A model generated the notes under the pieces. The model ran no database searches and was not told where the DNA came from. It saw nothing but the letters and a program-made list of their open reading frames with translations. A stretch of 64,000 nucleotides of DNA, taken from contig OZ024753.1 in assembly GCA_964016885.1 (NCBI GenBank), positions 7,874,001-7,938,000 of the forward strand, read 5' to 3'. Positions 49,141 to 62,040 of the stretch are shown piece by piece. Made by a program: the position numbers and the translations under genes. This stretch comes from Eledone cirrhosa. Its lineage: Eukaryota. Every line of letters starts with the position of its first letter. The first letter of the stretch is position 1.

Positions 49141-49578
49141 ACCAAACAGTTTGTTGTTTAAAATCATATAGTTTTCTCCTTTAAAAAAAAAAGCTCCAAC
49201 TTTTAAGCAAAATTTGCTCTTTTTTAAAATAATTAACAAAATACAGCCAAGCCGCTACAGAGCAATAAATAGCAATATCACGAGGAGCTCTGGGAAACTT
49301 CTCTAATAATTTTTGAGGCAAACTAGCATGCTTGCAGCATTACCTCAGGTGATGGAGAGACCAAACAGTTTGTTGTTTAATATAATACAGTTTTCTTCTT
49401 AAAAAAAAAAAGCTCCAACTTTTAAGCAAAATTTATGCTCTTTTTTAAAAATAATTAACGAAATTCAACCAAGCCACTACCAGAGCAAAAAATAAGGATA
49501 TCATGAGGAGCACTGGGAAACTTCTCTAATAATTTTTTAGGCAAGCCAGCATGCTCACAGTGTTACATCAGATAGTGG
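49141..49578. repeat. ~220-bp tandem duplication
   Basis: ACCAAACAGTTTGTTGTTTAA at 49141 and 49360. Confidence 0.92.
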
Positions 49579-49820
49579 TGAGGTTGATGAGCTGGAACAA
49601 CCAAGCGCTCTCACAGGCTTTCCCAGTTACATTTGTTACCTGAGTCACAAGTGAAGATAAGAATCTCGCTGTCGGTGGCCTGACTGCGCGAAATGTCCCG
49701 AATGCCACAGGCTGGAAAAGGTAGTTACCCGACAGATCATGGTACTAACAAAATTCTAACCAGTTATTACATTGGGACTAAACTGACAAGATATAGAAGT
49801 ATTTTGGCTGGAACCTTCCT

Positions 49821-49986
49821 GGAGGGTCGGATGTCATGCTTTGCAGCAAAGAGTTATGGCCCTTTATGATCTGAGTTCAAATCCCGCCGAGGTTAACTTT
49901 GCCTTTCATCCTTATGGGGTCGATAAAATAAAGTACCAGTAATACACTGGGATAATTGCTGGCCTTGTGTCAAAAGCATAAACAAT
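49821..49986 (+). mobile_element. SINE-B
   Basis: GAGGGTCGGATGTCATGC..GAGTTCAAATCCCGCC..GGCCTTGTG. Confidence 0.92.
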
Positions 49987-50023
49987 TATATTTTCTTCTT
50001 TTCTTTGTGTCAGATATTTTCAT

Positions 50024-50327
50024 CTGGGCCAGTGCCAGACTATCTGGCACCCTAGGCAAGGTTAGATTCCACCTCCCACCTCACCCCAACCCAAGGAAAA
50101 TATCAATTTCAAAATTTATAAACATTAAATCTTTAAAAAGATTTTTTTCAACATTTCTTTGTACCTATATGTAAAAAAAAAACGGGGATAAAACATAAGC
50201 CTAAATAAAACTGGAATTTATTTATTTATTTATTTTTCAAAATTGTTGTTGATTTCGAGAAATGCGCCTCCTGAAATCAGCACCCTATGCAGCTGCCTAG
50301 TTTGCTTATATGGTAGCACCAGCCCTG
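50024..50327. mobile_element. Degenerate hAT-like MITE
   Basis: CTGGGCCAGTGC / GCACCAGCCCTG imperfect TIRs, subterminal GCACCCTA motifs; TSD not clear. Confidence 0.5.
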
Positions 50328-50804
50328 GTTATTATACACTTATTTATTAGTGAAGAGTTCCCAGTAGTTATTCTGGTATCTGTACAAGATGTTTGAAGTA
50401 CTGTTTCAATTTTATATCATTAACTAACCTCGCCTTGCCAACTTTATTGTGATATTGCTACAGCTAATGAGATTGGCAAAGAGATGGTTAGTTTTTATGT
50501 AATGGGAAAAAGAAAAAAAAGGAGTTAGCATCGAAACTAAATTTTGACTTTAGCCAGTTAATGGACTAAAATTGAACTGCTACTGTTTTGAAGTCTTACA
50601 AGGAATATCGAAATGTTGTTAGTATCGTATAAGAGATTTTCTAAGAATAAATTGTTTCACAGTATCTAACATTTACATGTCACAGAAGAAAATAGAGAAT
50701 AATTTCTTTTGACTCATGTAAATAAGATTATTAGAGAGGTTTTAAGTGGTACTATATCTGCAGAAAGTCAGCAGGATGCATCACATATTAGGGAGATAAA
50801 TCAT

Positions 50805-51194
50805 GATATATATATATATATGTGTGTGTCTGTGTGTGTGTATATGTGTGTCTGTGTGTATGTATGTGTGTGTGTATGTATGTATATGCATGTATATGTA
50901 TGTGTATATGTGTATGTATATATGTATGTATGGGTGTGTATATATGTATGTGGATGTATATATGTTAGATGTATGTGTGTGTATATATATATATGTATGT
51001 GGATGTATATATATATGTATGTGGATGTATATATATATGTATGTGGATGTATATATATATGTATGTGGATGTATATATATATGTATGTGGATGTATATAT
51101 ATATATGTATGTGGATATATATATATATATATGTATGTGGATATATATATATATATATATATATATGTGGATGTATATATGTATATATGTATGT

Positions 51195-51235
<41 letters not shown>

Positions 51236-51305
51236 GATGTATATATATATATATGTATGTGGATGTATATATATATATATATGTATGTATATATATATAT
51301 ATATC
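50805..51305. repeat. (TA)/(TGTGGA) compound microsatellite
   Basis: Directly visible. Confidence 0.97.
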
Positions 51306-51473
51306 CCAATAAAAGCTAATATCTCAAGAAGATAGCTAAGTTTTAATATTGTTAGCATTGCAAATTCTGTTCCTGTGTTGTATCATTTCATTATATATAA
51401 ATATATAATCGACAAAACCTATTTTTCTGTCTCTTTGCTCTTTGTTCATGGTTAACATTTTGCAGAAAGAAAC

Positions 51474-51980
51474 TTCACTTTAAATTTGCTGTCAATGGAA
51501 GTTAATGCTTCTACAAACTTAAGCGAGTATTAATGGGTCGTCAAGTATCAAATTTGTAGACATTTGTAGTAAAAAAAACCCAAATTTCTACAAATTTCAT
51601 ACTTGACGAACCAATACTTTCTTTTATTTTTATGGGTGGTTCACTTAAACTTCAAATTTGCTGTCAATGGAAGTTAATTCTTCTACAAACTTATTAATGG
51701 GTTGTCAAGTATCAAATTTGTAGACATGTGTAGTAAAAAAAACAACAAATTTCTACAAATTTCATACTTGATGAACCAATACTTTGTTTTATTTTTATGG
51801 GTGGTTCACTTAAACTTCAAATTTGCTGTCAAGGGAAGATAATTCTTCTACAAATTTCAGCGAGTATTATTGGGTCGTCAAATATGAAATTTGTAGAAAA
51901 AAAAAAATACACATATCTACAAATTTCATATTTGACGACCCGATACATTGTTTTATTTTTAGGGGTGGTTCACTTAAAAT
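51474..51980. repeat. 3 x ~165-172-bp tandem units, each with an internal ~30-bp-arm hairpin
   Basis: AAATTTGCTGTCAA at 51482, 51654, 51819; GTCAAGTATCAAATTTGTAGA / TCTACAAATTTCATACTTGAC. Confidence 0.9.
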
Positions 51981-52299
51981 TTATAATTCTAAAAAAAGAA
52001 AAAACTGTGGCGGAGCTTGGGAATACAAATCAGATAGAAATTATAATATTTTAGCATATTTTAGATATAATATTTTAAATATCTTTCCCCACCGTAATGA
52101 AAACTGAAATTAAACATTCAACTATAAAGAAAAATGCGAACATTTTTAATGATTAGGAAAATTCAGTTTCCAAATTGGTTAAAAAATTGTTTCTTTGACT
52201 GAACGAGCACATCATCATCATCATCATCATCATCATCGTCACTTCATGTCCTATTTCCCTGCTAGTAAGGGTTGGACAGGTCTAGATAAACTCCTAACA

Positions 52300-53900
52300 T
52301 CCCAATCTTCATTTCTCCCCGATATGTCACCTTCATTCCCCCCTGATATCCCACCTTCATTCCCCCCTGATATCCCACCTTCATTCCCCCCTGATATCTC
52401 ACCTTCATTCCCCCCTGATATCCCACCTTCATTCCCCCCTGATATCCCACCTTCATTCCCCCCTGATATCCCACCTTCATTCCCCCCTGATATCCCCCCT
52501 TCATTGCCCCCTGATATCTCACCTTCATTTCCCCCTGATATCTCACCTTCATTTCCCCCCTGATATCCCACCTTCATTCCCCCCTGATATCCCACCTTCA
52601 TTGCCCCTGATATCCCACCTTCATTGCCCCTGATATCCCACCTTCATTTCTCCCCGATATCCCACCTTCATTTCTCCCCGATATCCCACCTTCATTTCTC
52701 CCCGATATCCCACCTTCATTCCCCTGATATCCCAACTTCATTCCCCCCTGATATCCCACCTTCATTCCCCCCTGATATCCCACCTTCATTGCCCCTGATA
52801 TCCCACCTTCATTTCTCCCCGATATCCCACCTTCATTTCTCCCCGATATCCCACCTTCATTTCTCCCCGATATCCCACCTTCATTTCTCCCCGATATCCC
52901 ACCTTCATTTCTCCCCGATATCCCACCTTCATTCCCCCCTGATATCCCACCTTCATTCCCCCCTGATATCCCACCTTCATTTCTCCCCGATATCCCCCCC
53001 TTCATTCCCCCCTGATATCCCACCTTCATTCCCCCTGATATCTCACCTTCATTGCCCCTGATATCCCACCTTCATTCCCTCTGATATCCTACCTTCATTT
53101 CTCCCTGATATCCCACCTTCATTTCTCTCTGATATCCCACCTTCATTTCCCTCTGATATCCCACCTTCATTTCCCTCTGATATCCCACCTTCATTTCCCT
53201 CTGATATCCCACCTTCATTTCCCTCTGATATCCCACCTTCATTTCTCCTGATATCTCACCTTCATTTCTCTCTGATATCTCACCTTCATTTCTCTCTGAT
53301 ATCCCACCTTCATTTCCTCTCTGATATCCCACCTTCATTTCTCCCTGATATCTCACCTTTATTGCGCCTGATATCCCACCTTCATTTCCCCCTGATATCC
53401 CACCTTCATTTCCCCCTGATATCCCACCTTCATTTCTCCTGATATTACACCTTCATTTCCCCTCTGATATCCCACCTTCATTTCTCCTGATATCCCACCT
53501 TCATTTCTCCTGATATCCCACCTTCATTTCTCCTGATATCACACCTTCATTTCCCCTCTGATATCACACCTTCATTTCCCCTCTGATATCACACCTTCAT
53601 TTCCCCTCTGATATTCCACCTTCATTGCCCCTGATATCCCACCTTCATTTCCCCCTGATATCCCACCTTCATTTCTCCTGATATCCCACCTTCATTTCCC
53701 CTCTGATATCACACCTTCATTTCCCCTCTGATATCCCACCTTCATTTCCCCCTGGTATCCCACCTTCATTTCCCTCTGATATCCCAGTCTTCACTTCCCT
53801 CTGATATCCCAGTCTTCACTTCCCCCCTGATATCCCAGTCTTCACTTCCCCCCTGATATCCCAGTCTTCATTTCCTTTGATATCCCAGTCTTCATCCCCC
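52300..53900 (+). repeat. 1.6-kb C-rich minisatellite, 23-24-bp unit
   Basis: GATATCCCACCTTCATTCCCCCCT; preceded by an RTE-type tail (52210-52285, minus). Confidence 0.97.
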
Positions 53901-53936
53901 CCCCTCCTCCATCATTCCTTTCAACTGTTTCTTTAG

Positions 53937-53980
53937 GTGATGTCATAGCTAAAGGACTTATGTCATTTGTAAAATTATGA
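53937..53980 (+). CDS. Candidate terminal coding exon
   Basis: CTGTTTCTTTAG|GT GAT GTC ATA GCT AAA GGA CTT ATG TCA TTT GTA AAA TTA TGA = (G)DVIAKGLMSFVKL*. Confidence 0.2.
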
Positions 53981-54177
53981 CAACTTCAATTGAATTATTT
54001 TCTGCTGATTATTGTTTATATAAGGTGGAACATTGATGGAGTTTCTAGAACATAAGATAGAATACTTTGTAGTATATGTTCCAGTGCTCTACTTGCTGAG
54101 TTTAAATACCACCAACGTCAGCTTTGCCTTTCATCATTTTGAGGTCAATAAAAAAGTACCAGGTCGAGTCTTCATTT

Positions 54178-55020
54178 ATATCTCTTTCTCATTTCCTTTC
54201 TCTCACTTTCTATCCTTCTCTGGAAGAAATCTGCTATATTCAGACCTGGAGAGGAGATTAGCTCTGCGAGGCTTTAAAAAATGCCCCTAAAACACTATAT
54301 GCCACTAAATCTAGAACTGGGTATATTCTTCGTCTAAGTCTCTCTCTCACTCACTTTCTATCCTTCCCAGGAAAAAATCTGCTATATTCAGACCTGGAGA
54401 GGAGATTAGCTCTGCCAGGCTTTAAAAAATGCCCCTAAAACACTATATGCCACTAAATCTAGAACTGGGTATATTCTTCGTCTAAATCTCTCTCTCACTC
54501 ACTTTCTATCCTTCCCAGGAAAAAATCTGCTATATTCAGACCTGGAGAGGAGATTAGCTCTGCCAGGCTTTAAAAAATGCCCCTAAAACACTATATGCCA
54601 CTAAATCTAGAACTGGGTATATTCTTCATCTAAATCTCTCTCTCACTCACTTTCTATCCTTCCCAGGAAAAAATCTGCTATATTCAGACCTGGAGAGGAG
54701 ATTAGCTCTGCCAGGCTTTAAAAAATGCCCCTAAAACACTATATGCCACTAAATCTAGAACTGGGTATATTCTTCGTCTAAGTCTCTCTCTCACTCACTT
54801 TCTATCCTTCCCAGGAAAAAATCTGCTATATTCAGACCTGGAGAGGAGATTAGCTCTGCCAGGCTTTAAAAAATGCCCCTAAAACACTATATGCCACTAA
54901 GTCTAGAACTGGGTTTATTCTTTGTCTATATCTCTCTCTCACTCACTTTCTATCCTTCTCTGGAAAACATCTGCTATATTCAGGCTTGGAGAAGGATAGG
55001 AGGCTCCACCAGGTTTTAAA
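54178..55020 (+). repeat. 148-bp x ~5.5 tandem repeat
   Basis: CAG(A/G)C at 54241, 54389, 54537, 54685, 54833, 54981. Confidence 0.96.
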
Positions 55021-55261
55021 AGGCCTAAGAAATGCTGTATATCAATACGACACCCCTACGACTCCATTAAGAGTTACAGGACCATACCATTATTTGAGTG
55101 TTTTCATTGTATCTCTAAAACTTTCAGTTGATTTTACTCTATAATAGGACTCTTCCATTAATCTCTTCTTTCTTGTTGAAGCATCAAAGTTATGAAGAAA
55201 ATATTATTCAATCTAATGAACATTTTATATTTTTATATTTAGAGTGGTCTTAATTAAAATA

Positions 55262-55572
55262 ACATACATACATACATACATATATATATATATATACATA
55301 TATACATACATACGGATGTGTGTGTGTATTTATGTATGTGTGTATATATATATATATCTATATTTATATATATATATGTACGTATGTGTGTGTCTGTATT
55401 TATGTATGTATATGTGTGTGTGTATGTATATATACATATATATTTATATATGTATGTATGTATGTATGTGTGTGTCTGTATTTATTTATGTATGTATATA
55501 TATGTGTGTGTATATACATATATATTTATATATATATGTACGTATGTGTATGTATGTATGTGTCTGTATGTG

Positions 55573-55607
<35 letters not shown>

Positions 55608-55724
55608 GTATGTATATTTATCATTCTGATTATTTGAATTATCTGCATTAGACAGAGTGCCGTCAGAGTTCTTTCTGCCAGAAGTGTACAATATGAGTAG
55701 CCACAGAAATATACATGCACACAC

Positions 55725-55774
<50 letters not shown>

Positions 55775-55992
55775 AATATATATATATACACAGAAAAATA
55801 TATATATACATAGAAAAATATATATATACTGAAATGTATATATACATAGAAATATATATATACGCAGAAATATATGTACACAGAAACATATACATAGGAA
55901 ATATATATACACAGAAATATATATATATATACAAATATATATATATATATATAGACAGAAATATGTATACATATAAATATATATATATAGAC
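55262..55992. repeat. TA/TG microsatellite blocks
   Basis: Directly visible. Confidence 0.93.
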
Positions 55993-56304
55993 AGAAAGAA
56001 AAACTACTGCTCAACTTTGATTAACAAATTCCTAATTAAAACTGTACAACAAAGCGTGTTGTTGTAAAACTTGCTTCTTGGTGCTGATTCATGTTAAGTG
56101 CCCTGAACTAGCATATCAACAGTTCTAACTACATTGCAGACAATTAGATGTAGCATTTAGGGTAATTAGTTGTTGGAAATTCTAACAGACTCGGACTTTT
56201 GGCACCGACATTCCTGATAACATCACCATTTTCGAAACACTATTTCATTATTAAAGACATTTATTTAAAAAAAAAAAAATTTCTTGGCTTTCTTTTAAAA
56301 TGTC

Positions 56305-56925
56305 CATGCTGTTATCAATGGTGGTATTAATGCTGTTGTTATCAATGGTGCTGTTACTGCTGTTGTTATCCTTGTTGTTGTTACTGCTGTTGTTGTTGTT
56401 ACTGCTGGTGTTGTTGTTACTGCTGTTGTTGTTGTTACTGGTGTTGTTGTTGTTACTGGTGTTGTTGTTGTTACTGGTGTTGTTGTTACTGCTGTTGTTA
56501 TCCTTGTTGTTACTGCTGTTGTTATCCTTGTTGTTACTGCTGTTGTTGTTGTTACTGGTGTTGTTGTTACTGCTGTTGTTATCCTTGTTGTTACTGCTGT
56601 TGTTGTTGTTACTGCTGTTGTTGTTACTGCTGTCGTTGTTGTTAGTGCTGTTGTTACTGCTGTTGTTATCCTTGTTGTTGTTGTTATTGTTGTCACCATT
56701 TGTGGGAGCAGTGTAGTTACTATTACCATTTTGGTGGCTGGGGATGTTGTTACAGTTATTGTTACTATTTATTTTGTGGAGGGGTGGGGTGGGGGACTTG
56801 TAGTCATTGTTGCCATCTTAGGGGGTGGTGTTGATGCTGTAGGGGAGACTGTTGCTATCTTAAGGGGTGGTGTTGATGCTGTAGGGGATACTGTTGCTAT
56901 CTTAAGGGGTGGTGTTGATGCTGTA
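56305..56925. repeat. (GTT)n degenerate triplet repeat and 42-bp x 3 repeat (56800-56925)
   Basis: Directly visible. Confidence 0.93.
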
Positions 56926-57124
56926 GATTTCTTCCATAGAAGGATAGAGAGAGTGAGAGAATGGAAATGAGGAAGAGATATAAAGGAAGAATCAACCCCA
57001 GTATTAGACTGGTACCTTATTTTTCATTGGTCTCGAATGGATAAAAAGCAAAGTTAGGATTTGAACTGAGGGAGCTGAAATATTCTATATGACTTTCTAA
57101 CAACTCTACCAATTCACTGCCTTG
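56924..57124 (-). mobile_element. Older SINE-B-related subfamily
   Basis: Homologous to 15505-15715. Confidence 0.75.
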
Positions 57125-57127
57125 CCG

Positions 57128-57995
57128 TTAACCCTTTAGCATTCACTGGTAGTATCGGTAGGGGGTTGGACGCCATGCTTTCTAGCATGGTTACGTCCCT
57201 TTACAGTCTGAGTTCAAATCCCGCTGAGGTTAACTTTGCCTTTCATCCTTACGAGGTCGATAAAATAAAGTACCAGTAATGTACTGGGTACTTGCTGGCC
57301 TTGTGCCTAAATTATCTCACATAATATCGAATCTATGAGATTTTGAAAGTATTTATTTTGAGAACTATACCTTAACATCAGTATGAGTGGCCAGTTACAG
57401 CCAGTTTCAACAGAAAGAGGTAGAGAATTCTGGCCGTTTTTTGGCCGGTTTGAACATTAAAGGGTTAATAATTGTTTCAACTTTAGGCACAAGGCCAGCA
57501 ATTACTCAGTACATTACTGGTACTTTATTTTATCGACCCCGTAAGGATGAAAGGCAAAGTTAACCTCGGCGGGATTTGAACTCAGACTGTAAAGGGACGT
57601 AACTATGCTAGACGTAACTATTAAAGGGTTAATAATTGTTTCTATTTTAGGCACAAGGCCAGCAAATACCCAGTACATTACTGGTACTTTATTTTATCGA
57701 CCCCGTAAGGATGAAAGGCAAAGTTAAACTCGGCGGGATTTGAACTCAGATCGTAAAGGGACGCAACTCGATGCTTCAAAGCATGGTGTCCGACTCTCTA
57801 CCGATACTGCCAATCCACCGCCCTGATAATTATTTCTACTTTAGGCACAAGGCCAGCAATTATCCAGTGCATTACTGGTACTTTATTTTATCGACCCCGT
57901 AAGGATGAAAGGCAAAGTTAACCTCAGCGGGATTTGAACACAGACTGTAAAGGGACGTAACTATGCTAGACGTAACTATTAAAGGGTTAATAATA
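57128..57995. mobile_element. Composite cluster: piggyBac MITE (57132-57464, minus) carrying SINE-B (57146-57311, +), then three tandem SINE-B copies (minus)
   Basis: TTAA 57128-57131 and 57465-57468; SINE copies at ~57468-57612, 57631-57823 and 57826-57970; ATTAAAGGGTTAATAAT present three times. Confidence 0.9.
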
Positions 57996-58150
57996 TAAAG
58001 TATACTATAGCTCTCTGCTATTGATGATAGTGTTCCTATTTCAGTTGTTTCTAAATCTTGTTGATAAAAAAGAATTGCCTATTTCTATGTGACCTTTGAC
58101 TTGTGAAGTACTCAAATGCAAATGTTTGCTTTGTGCTTTAGTTCTAGCAG

Positions 58151-58196
58151 CGACACACCTGCATTACTAGAAATAATCTTCTTTACATTTTTATCT
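58151..58196 (+). CDS. Candidate 46-bp exon
   Basis: TTCTAGCAG|CGACAC...TTATCT|GTAAGT; RHTCITRNNLLYIFI. Confidence 0.2.
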
Positions 58197-58339
58197 GTAA
58201 GTAAAGCCACCGCCATCTTATCCTCTTCACTAGTATATAGTGAGGCCATGTTGAGTTCACGATAGGTTCTTAAGGGAGATTACTCTTACTAAACTTCAAA
58301 GGAATGGCTCTTCTATAATTTAGATAGAAACAAATAAAA

Positions 58340-59000
58340 AATATATATATATGTGTATATTATATTATATTATATATATATGTATATTATATTATATATA
58401 TATGCATATTATATTATATATATATGCATACTATATATATTTATATTATATATATATATATATGTATATTATATGTATATATTATATTATATGTATATTA
58501 TATATATATTTATATTATATGTATATTATATATATATTTATATTATATCATATATATATATATTTATATTATATCATATATATCTATATTTATATTATAT
58601 CATATATATATATATTTATATTATATTATATCATATATATATTTATATTATATCATATATATATATATTTATATTATATCATATATATATATATTTATAT
58701 TATATCATATATATATATATATTTATATTATATTATATCATATATATATTTATATTATATTATATCATATATATATTTATATTATATTATATCATATATT
58801 TATAGTATATTATATATATATATATCATATATATATATCATATATATATCATATATATATATATCATATATATATATCATATATATATATCATATATATA
58901 TATCATATATATATATCATATATATATAATATAATATATATATCATATATATATATCATATATATATATGATATATATATATTATTCTATAATATATATC
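58340..59000. repeat. (TA)n/(TATCATA)n microsatellite
   Basis: Directly visible. Confidence 0.97.
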
Positions 59001-59231
59001 CACTAATACCACCACCACCACTATTACTAATAATAATATTGAAAACTATATTTTGCAACCTATTATTTCTGTACAGGGAATATAGATATATTCCTATTCC
59101 TATTGTAAATATGGGTTTCAAATATATTTCAGTCTTCAGACTATTTATATGTACGTATGTTTATGCATGCGTACATGTGTACATATGTGTATGTGCATGC
59201 ACGTGTGTATGTATGTGTACGTGTATGTATT

Positions 59232-59569
59232 ATCATCATCATTTCATTTCATTTCATGTCCGCTTTTCCCTGCTTGCAAGGGTGGGATGGGAACTGATTC
59301 TGGCTTGATTTCTACAGCTGGATGCCCTTCCTAACACCAATTTACGGTGAGTGCTGGGTGCTTTTTTGCCATGGCACCTCCACAACCACTTCGCAGTGGA
59401 ATGATAGGGACCCCAGTCCCTCTCATCTCATTTCTACAGCTGAGTAAACTGGAGCAATGTGAAATAAAGTGTCTTGCTCAAGGAAACAACACATCACCCG
59501 GTCTGAGAATTGAACTCACAACCTTTCGATTGCAAGGCCAATTCTCTAACCACTAAGCCATGTGCCTCC
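59232..59569 (-). mobile_element. Full-length tRNA-derived SINE (~340 bp): tRNA head, CORE-like segment, central AGGAAGGGCATCCAG segment, RTE-type tail
   Basis: Minus strand TGGCTTAGTGGTTAG (A box), GAGTTCAATTC (B box), CCTTGAGCAAGACACTT, tail ACCCTTGCAAGCAGGGAAAAGCGGAC..(GAT)n. Confidence 0.9.
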
Positions 59570-59819
59570 ATGTGTGTTATTTTTGTTTTTATCTTAATGA
59601 AAAATGTTGTGATGTTTAAGTATTGTGATTTAAATAGAATGTAATTAGTTCCATAATGGAGTATATTTACTTTAAAGATATTTGTTGTTGTTGTCTGAAA
59701 TAGTATAAAATATATTGATTGACACTTCCACACTTTTAAGAAGAGTTGGATCACTCTATACTATGTAGGAGTCTGAATTTTTCTTAAGTTACTTGGTTAA
59801 GTGCTCATGTCTGTTTTAC

Positions 59820-60540
59820 AGACACACATACATACACATACACATACATACACACACACAGAGACACACACACTCACTCTCACACACACACTCACTAACG
59901 CATGCACAGACACGCACACACTCACTCTCACACACACACACTCACTAACGCATGCACAGACATGCACACACTCTCACATACACACTTATAACGCATGCAC
60001 AGACACGCACACACTCACTCTCACACACACACTAACGCATGCACAGACTTGCACACACTCACTCACTCTCACACACACTCACTAACGCATGCACAGACAC
60101 GCACACACTCACTCTCACACACACACTCACTCTCACACACACACTCACTCTCACACACACACTCACTAACGCATGCACAGACACGCACACACTCACTCTC
60201 ACACATACACTCACACACACACACACTAACGCATGCACAGACACGCGCACACTCACTCTCACACTCACTAACGCATGCACAGACACGCACACACTCACTC
60301 TCACACACACACACTCACTAACACATGCACAGACACGCACACACTCGCACGCACACACTCACTCACTCACACACACACACTCACGCACTGATACACACAC
60401 GCACATACACATGCACACTCACTCATTCACACACGCACACACTCACACACACACGCACGCACACACACACGCACACAGACACAAACAGATGCAGACTCAC
60501 ACACTCAGACACACACATATACATACACTCACTCTCACAT
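59820..60540 (+). repeat. CA-rich minisatellite with CACTAACGCATGCACAG module
   Basis: Directly visible, roughly 9-10 modules. Confidence 0.93.
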
Positions 60541-60884
60541 ATCTTTTATTTTGATGAATAGCTTTCATAAAACATAGCATCACTTAGAATATTGGCTGAC
60601 TAGCTCTTCTTGATGTTCTCGTTATTGTTCTCGTTACTGTTGTTCTCGTTACTGTTGTTCTCGTTACTGTTGTTGGTAGAACTATGGCATGGTAGATCAA
60701 GCAAAGCATTTGATCAGTAATCCCAGCTTTGTTCATTCTATCTTGATTATTGAGCTAACTGTCTGTTTTATGATTTAGGTGATCAAATTAAGCAGTTTCC
60801 CACCACACATACTCACACCTTTTCAAAATGGTAGTTTCTTGAGATATTTTCCTGCTACATTGAGCAGCTTGTGCAACAAAAATA

Positions 60885-61235
60885 CCGTATTTCCTGGCGT
60901 TGAAGACGCTACTTTTTCCTCCTAAAATAAGTCTCAAAAATCTACCGTACATCCTGGAGGGCGAGGGTTGTTTGGATTGGCAGTATCGGTAGAGAGTCGG
61001 ACGCCATGCTTTCCAGCATAGTTACATCCCTTTACGGTCCGAGTTCAAATCCCGTCGAGGTTAACTTTGCCTTTCATCCTTACGGGGTCGATAAAATAAA
61101 GTACCAGTAATGTACTGAGTAATTGCTGGCCTTGTGCCAAAAGTAGAAACAATTTTTTTATTTTTTCAAATTTTTGGTTGTCAAAATTAGAGTGCATCCT
61201 CGAGGACGAAGTATCTTCGGTGCCAGGAAATACGG
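60885..61235. mobile_element. Tc1/pogo-type MITE with nested SINE-B (60973-61152, +)
   Basis: TA-CCGTATTTCCTGGC ... GCCAGGAAATACGG-TA; a solo end also lies at 61414-61438. Confidence 0.88.
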
Positions 61236-61557
61236 TAGTCATTTCTTCTCTTGCATTCATTCCTCTGAATGTATTTTTTTCCTTAATATACAAGGGTCAG
61301 CTGAAACCTTCATAGGCTGACCAAGATACTCTCATAGAAAGAAACAAGCAGTTAATAATAAAAGGAATTGAAATAACTGCATGTAAGATTTGCAGCACTA
61401 GCATCACTCCTTCATCTTCGGCGCCAGGAAATATGGTAGTTCCCTTACTTACTTTATTCTTGAGAAGTTTAGAATAAAGGATAAAAGAATTTCCACCATT
61501 GATGCTGTGGTCTACGTTTCATTGTACATTAAAATGTTAAATACTTCAATTATGTAT

Positions 61558-61962
61558 ATCATCATCATCATTTAACATCCATTTTTCCATGCTAGCACGG
61601 GTTACATGAGTTGTCCTACTGGGAGTTAAGTTAGGTCAGATGTCTGTCTTGCTCATACAGAACTGGTTCTGGCTTGGTTTTTATGGCCAGAGATGTTCTC
61701 CCTAATGCCAACCATAATATACAGCATAGACAGATTGCCTTTTTCATGACACCTTTTTCATGACACCTTTTTCATGACACCTTTTTCATGACACCTTTTT
61801 CATGACACCTTTTTCATGACACCTTTTCAAGACCACTTTACAGCGTAGACTGGGCGCTTTTCGCCATGACACCTACATGACCACTTTACAGTGTAGACGG
61901 ACTGGGCGCTTTTTGCCATGACACCTACATGACCACTTTACAGTGTGGACATGGTGCTTTTA
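61558..61962 (-). mobile_element. RTE-tailed SINE with a 14-bp x 6 array and ~50-bp repeats
   Basis: (TTTTTCATGACACC)n 61740-61827; ACCACTTTACAGTGT.GACTGGG units. Confidence 0.82.
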
Positions 61963-62040
61963 AATGTAATTCATGATTGTCATTTAACATTTGTTTTCCC
62001 TTCTAGCGAGGCAAGGGATGGTTGTGTTATCAGAGATTAA

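Noticed and set aside
52195-53356. PPDIPPSF / GGNEGGIS repeat ORFs
   Set aside because: Frequent 1-bp unit-length changes break frames; non-coding array
41533-58196. ABCA-transporter-like KR-x5-RN pattern in the joined peptide
   Set aside because: Similarity rests on four residues and an unproven splice; no gene name assigned
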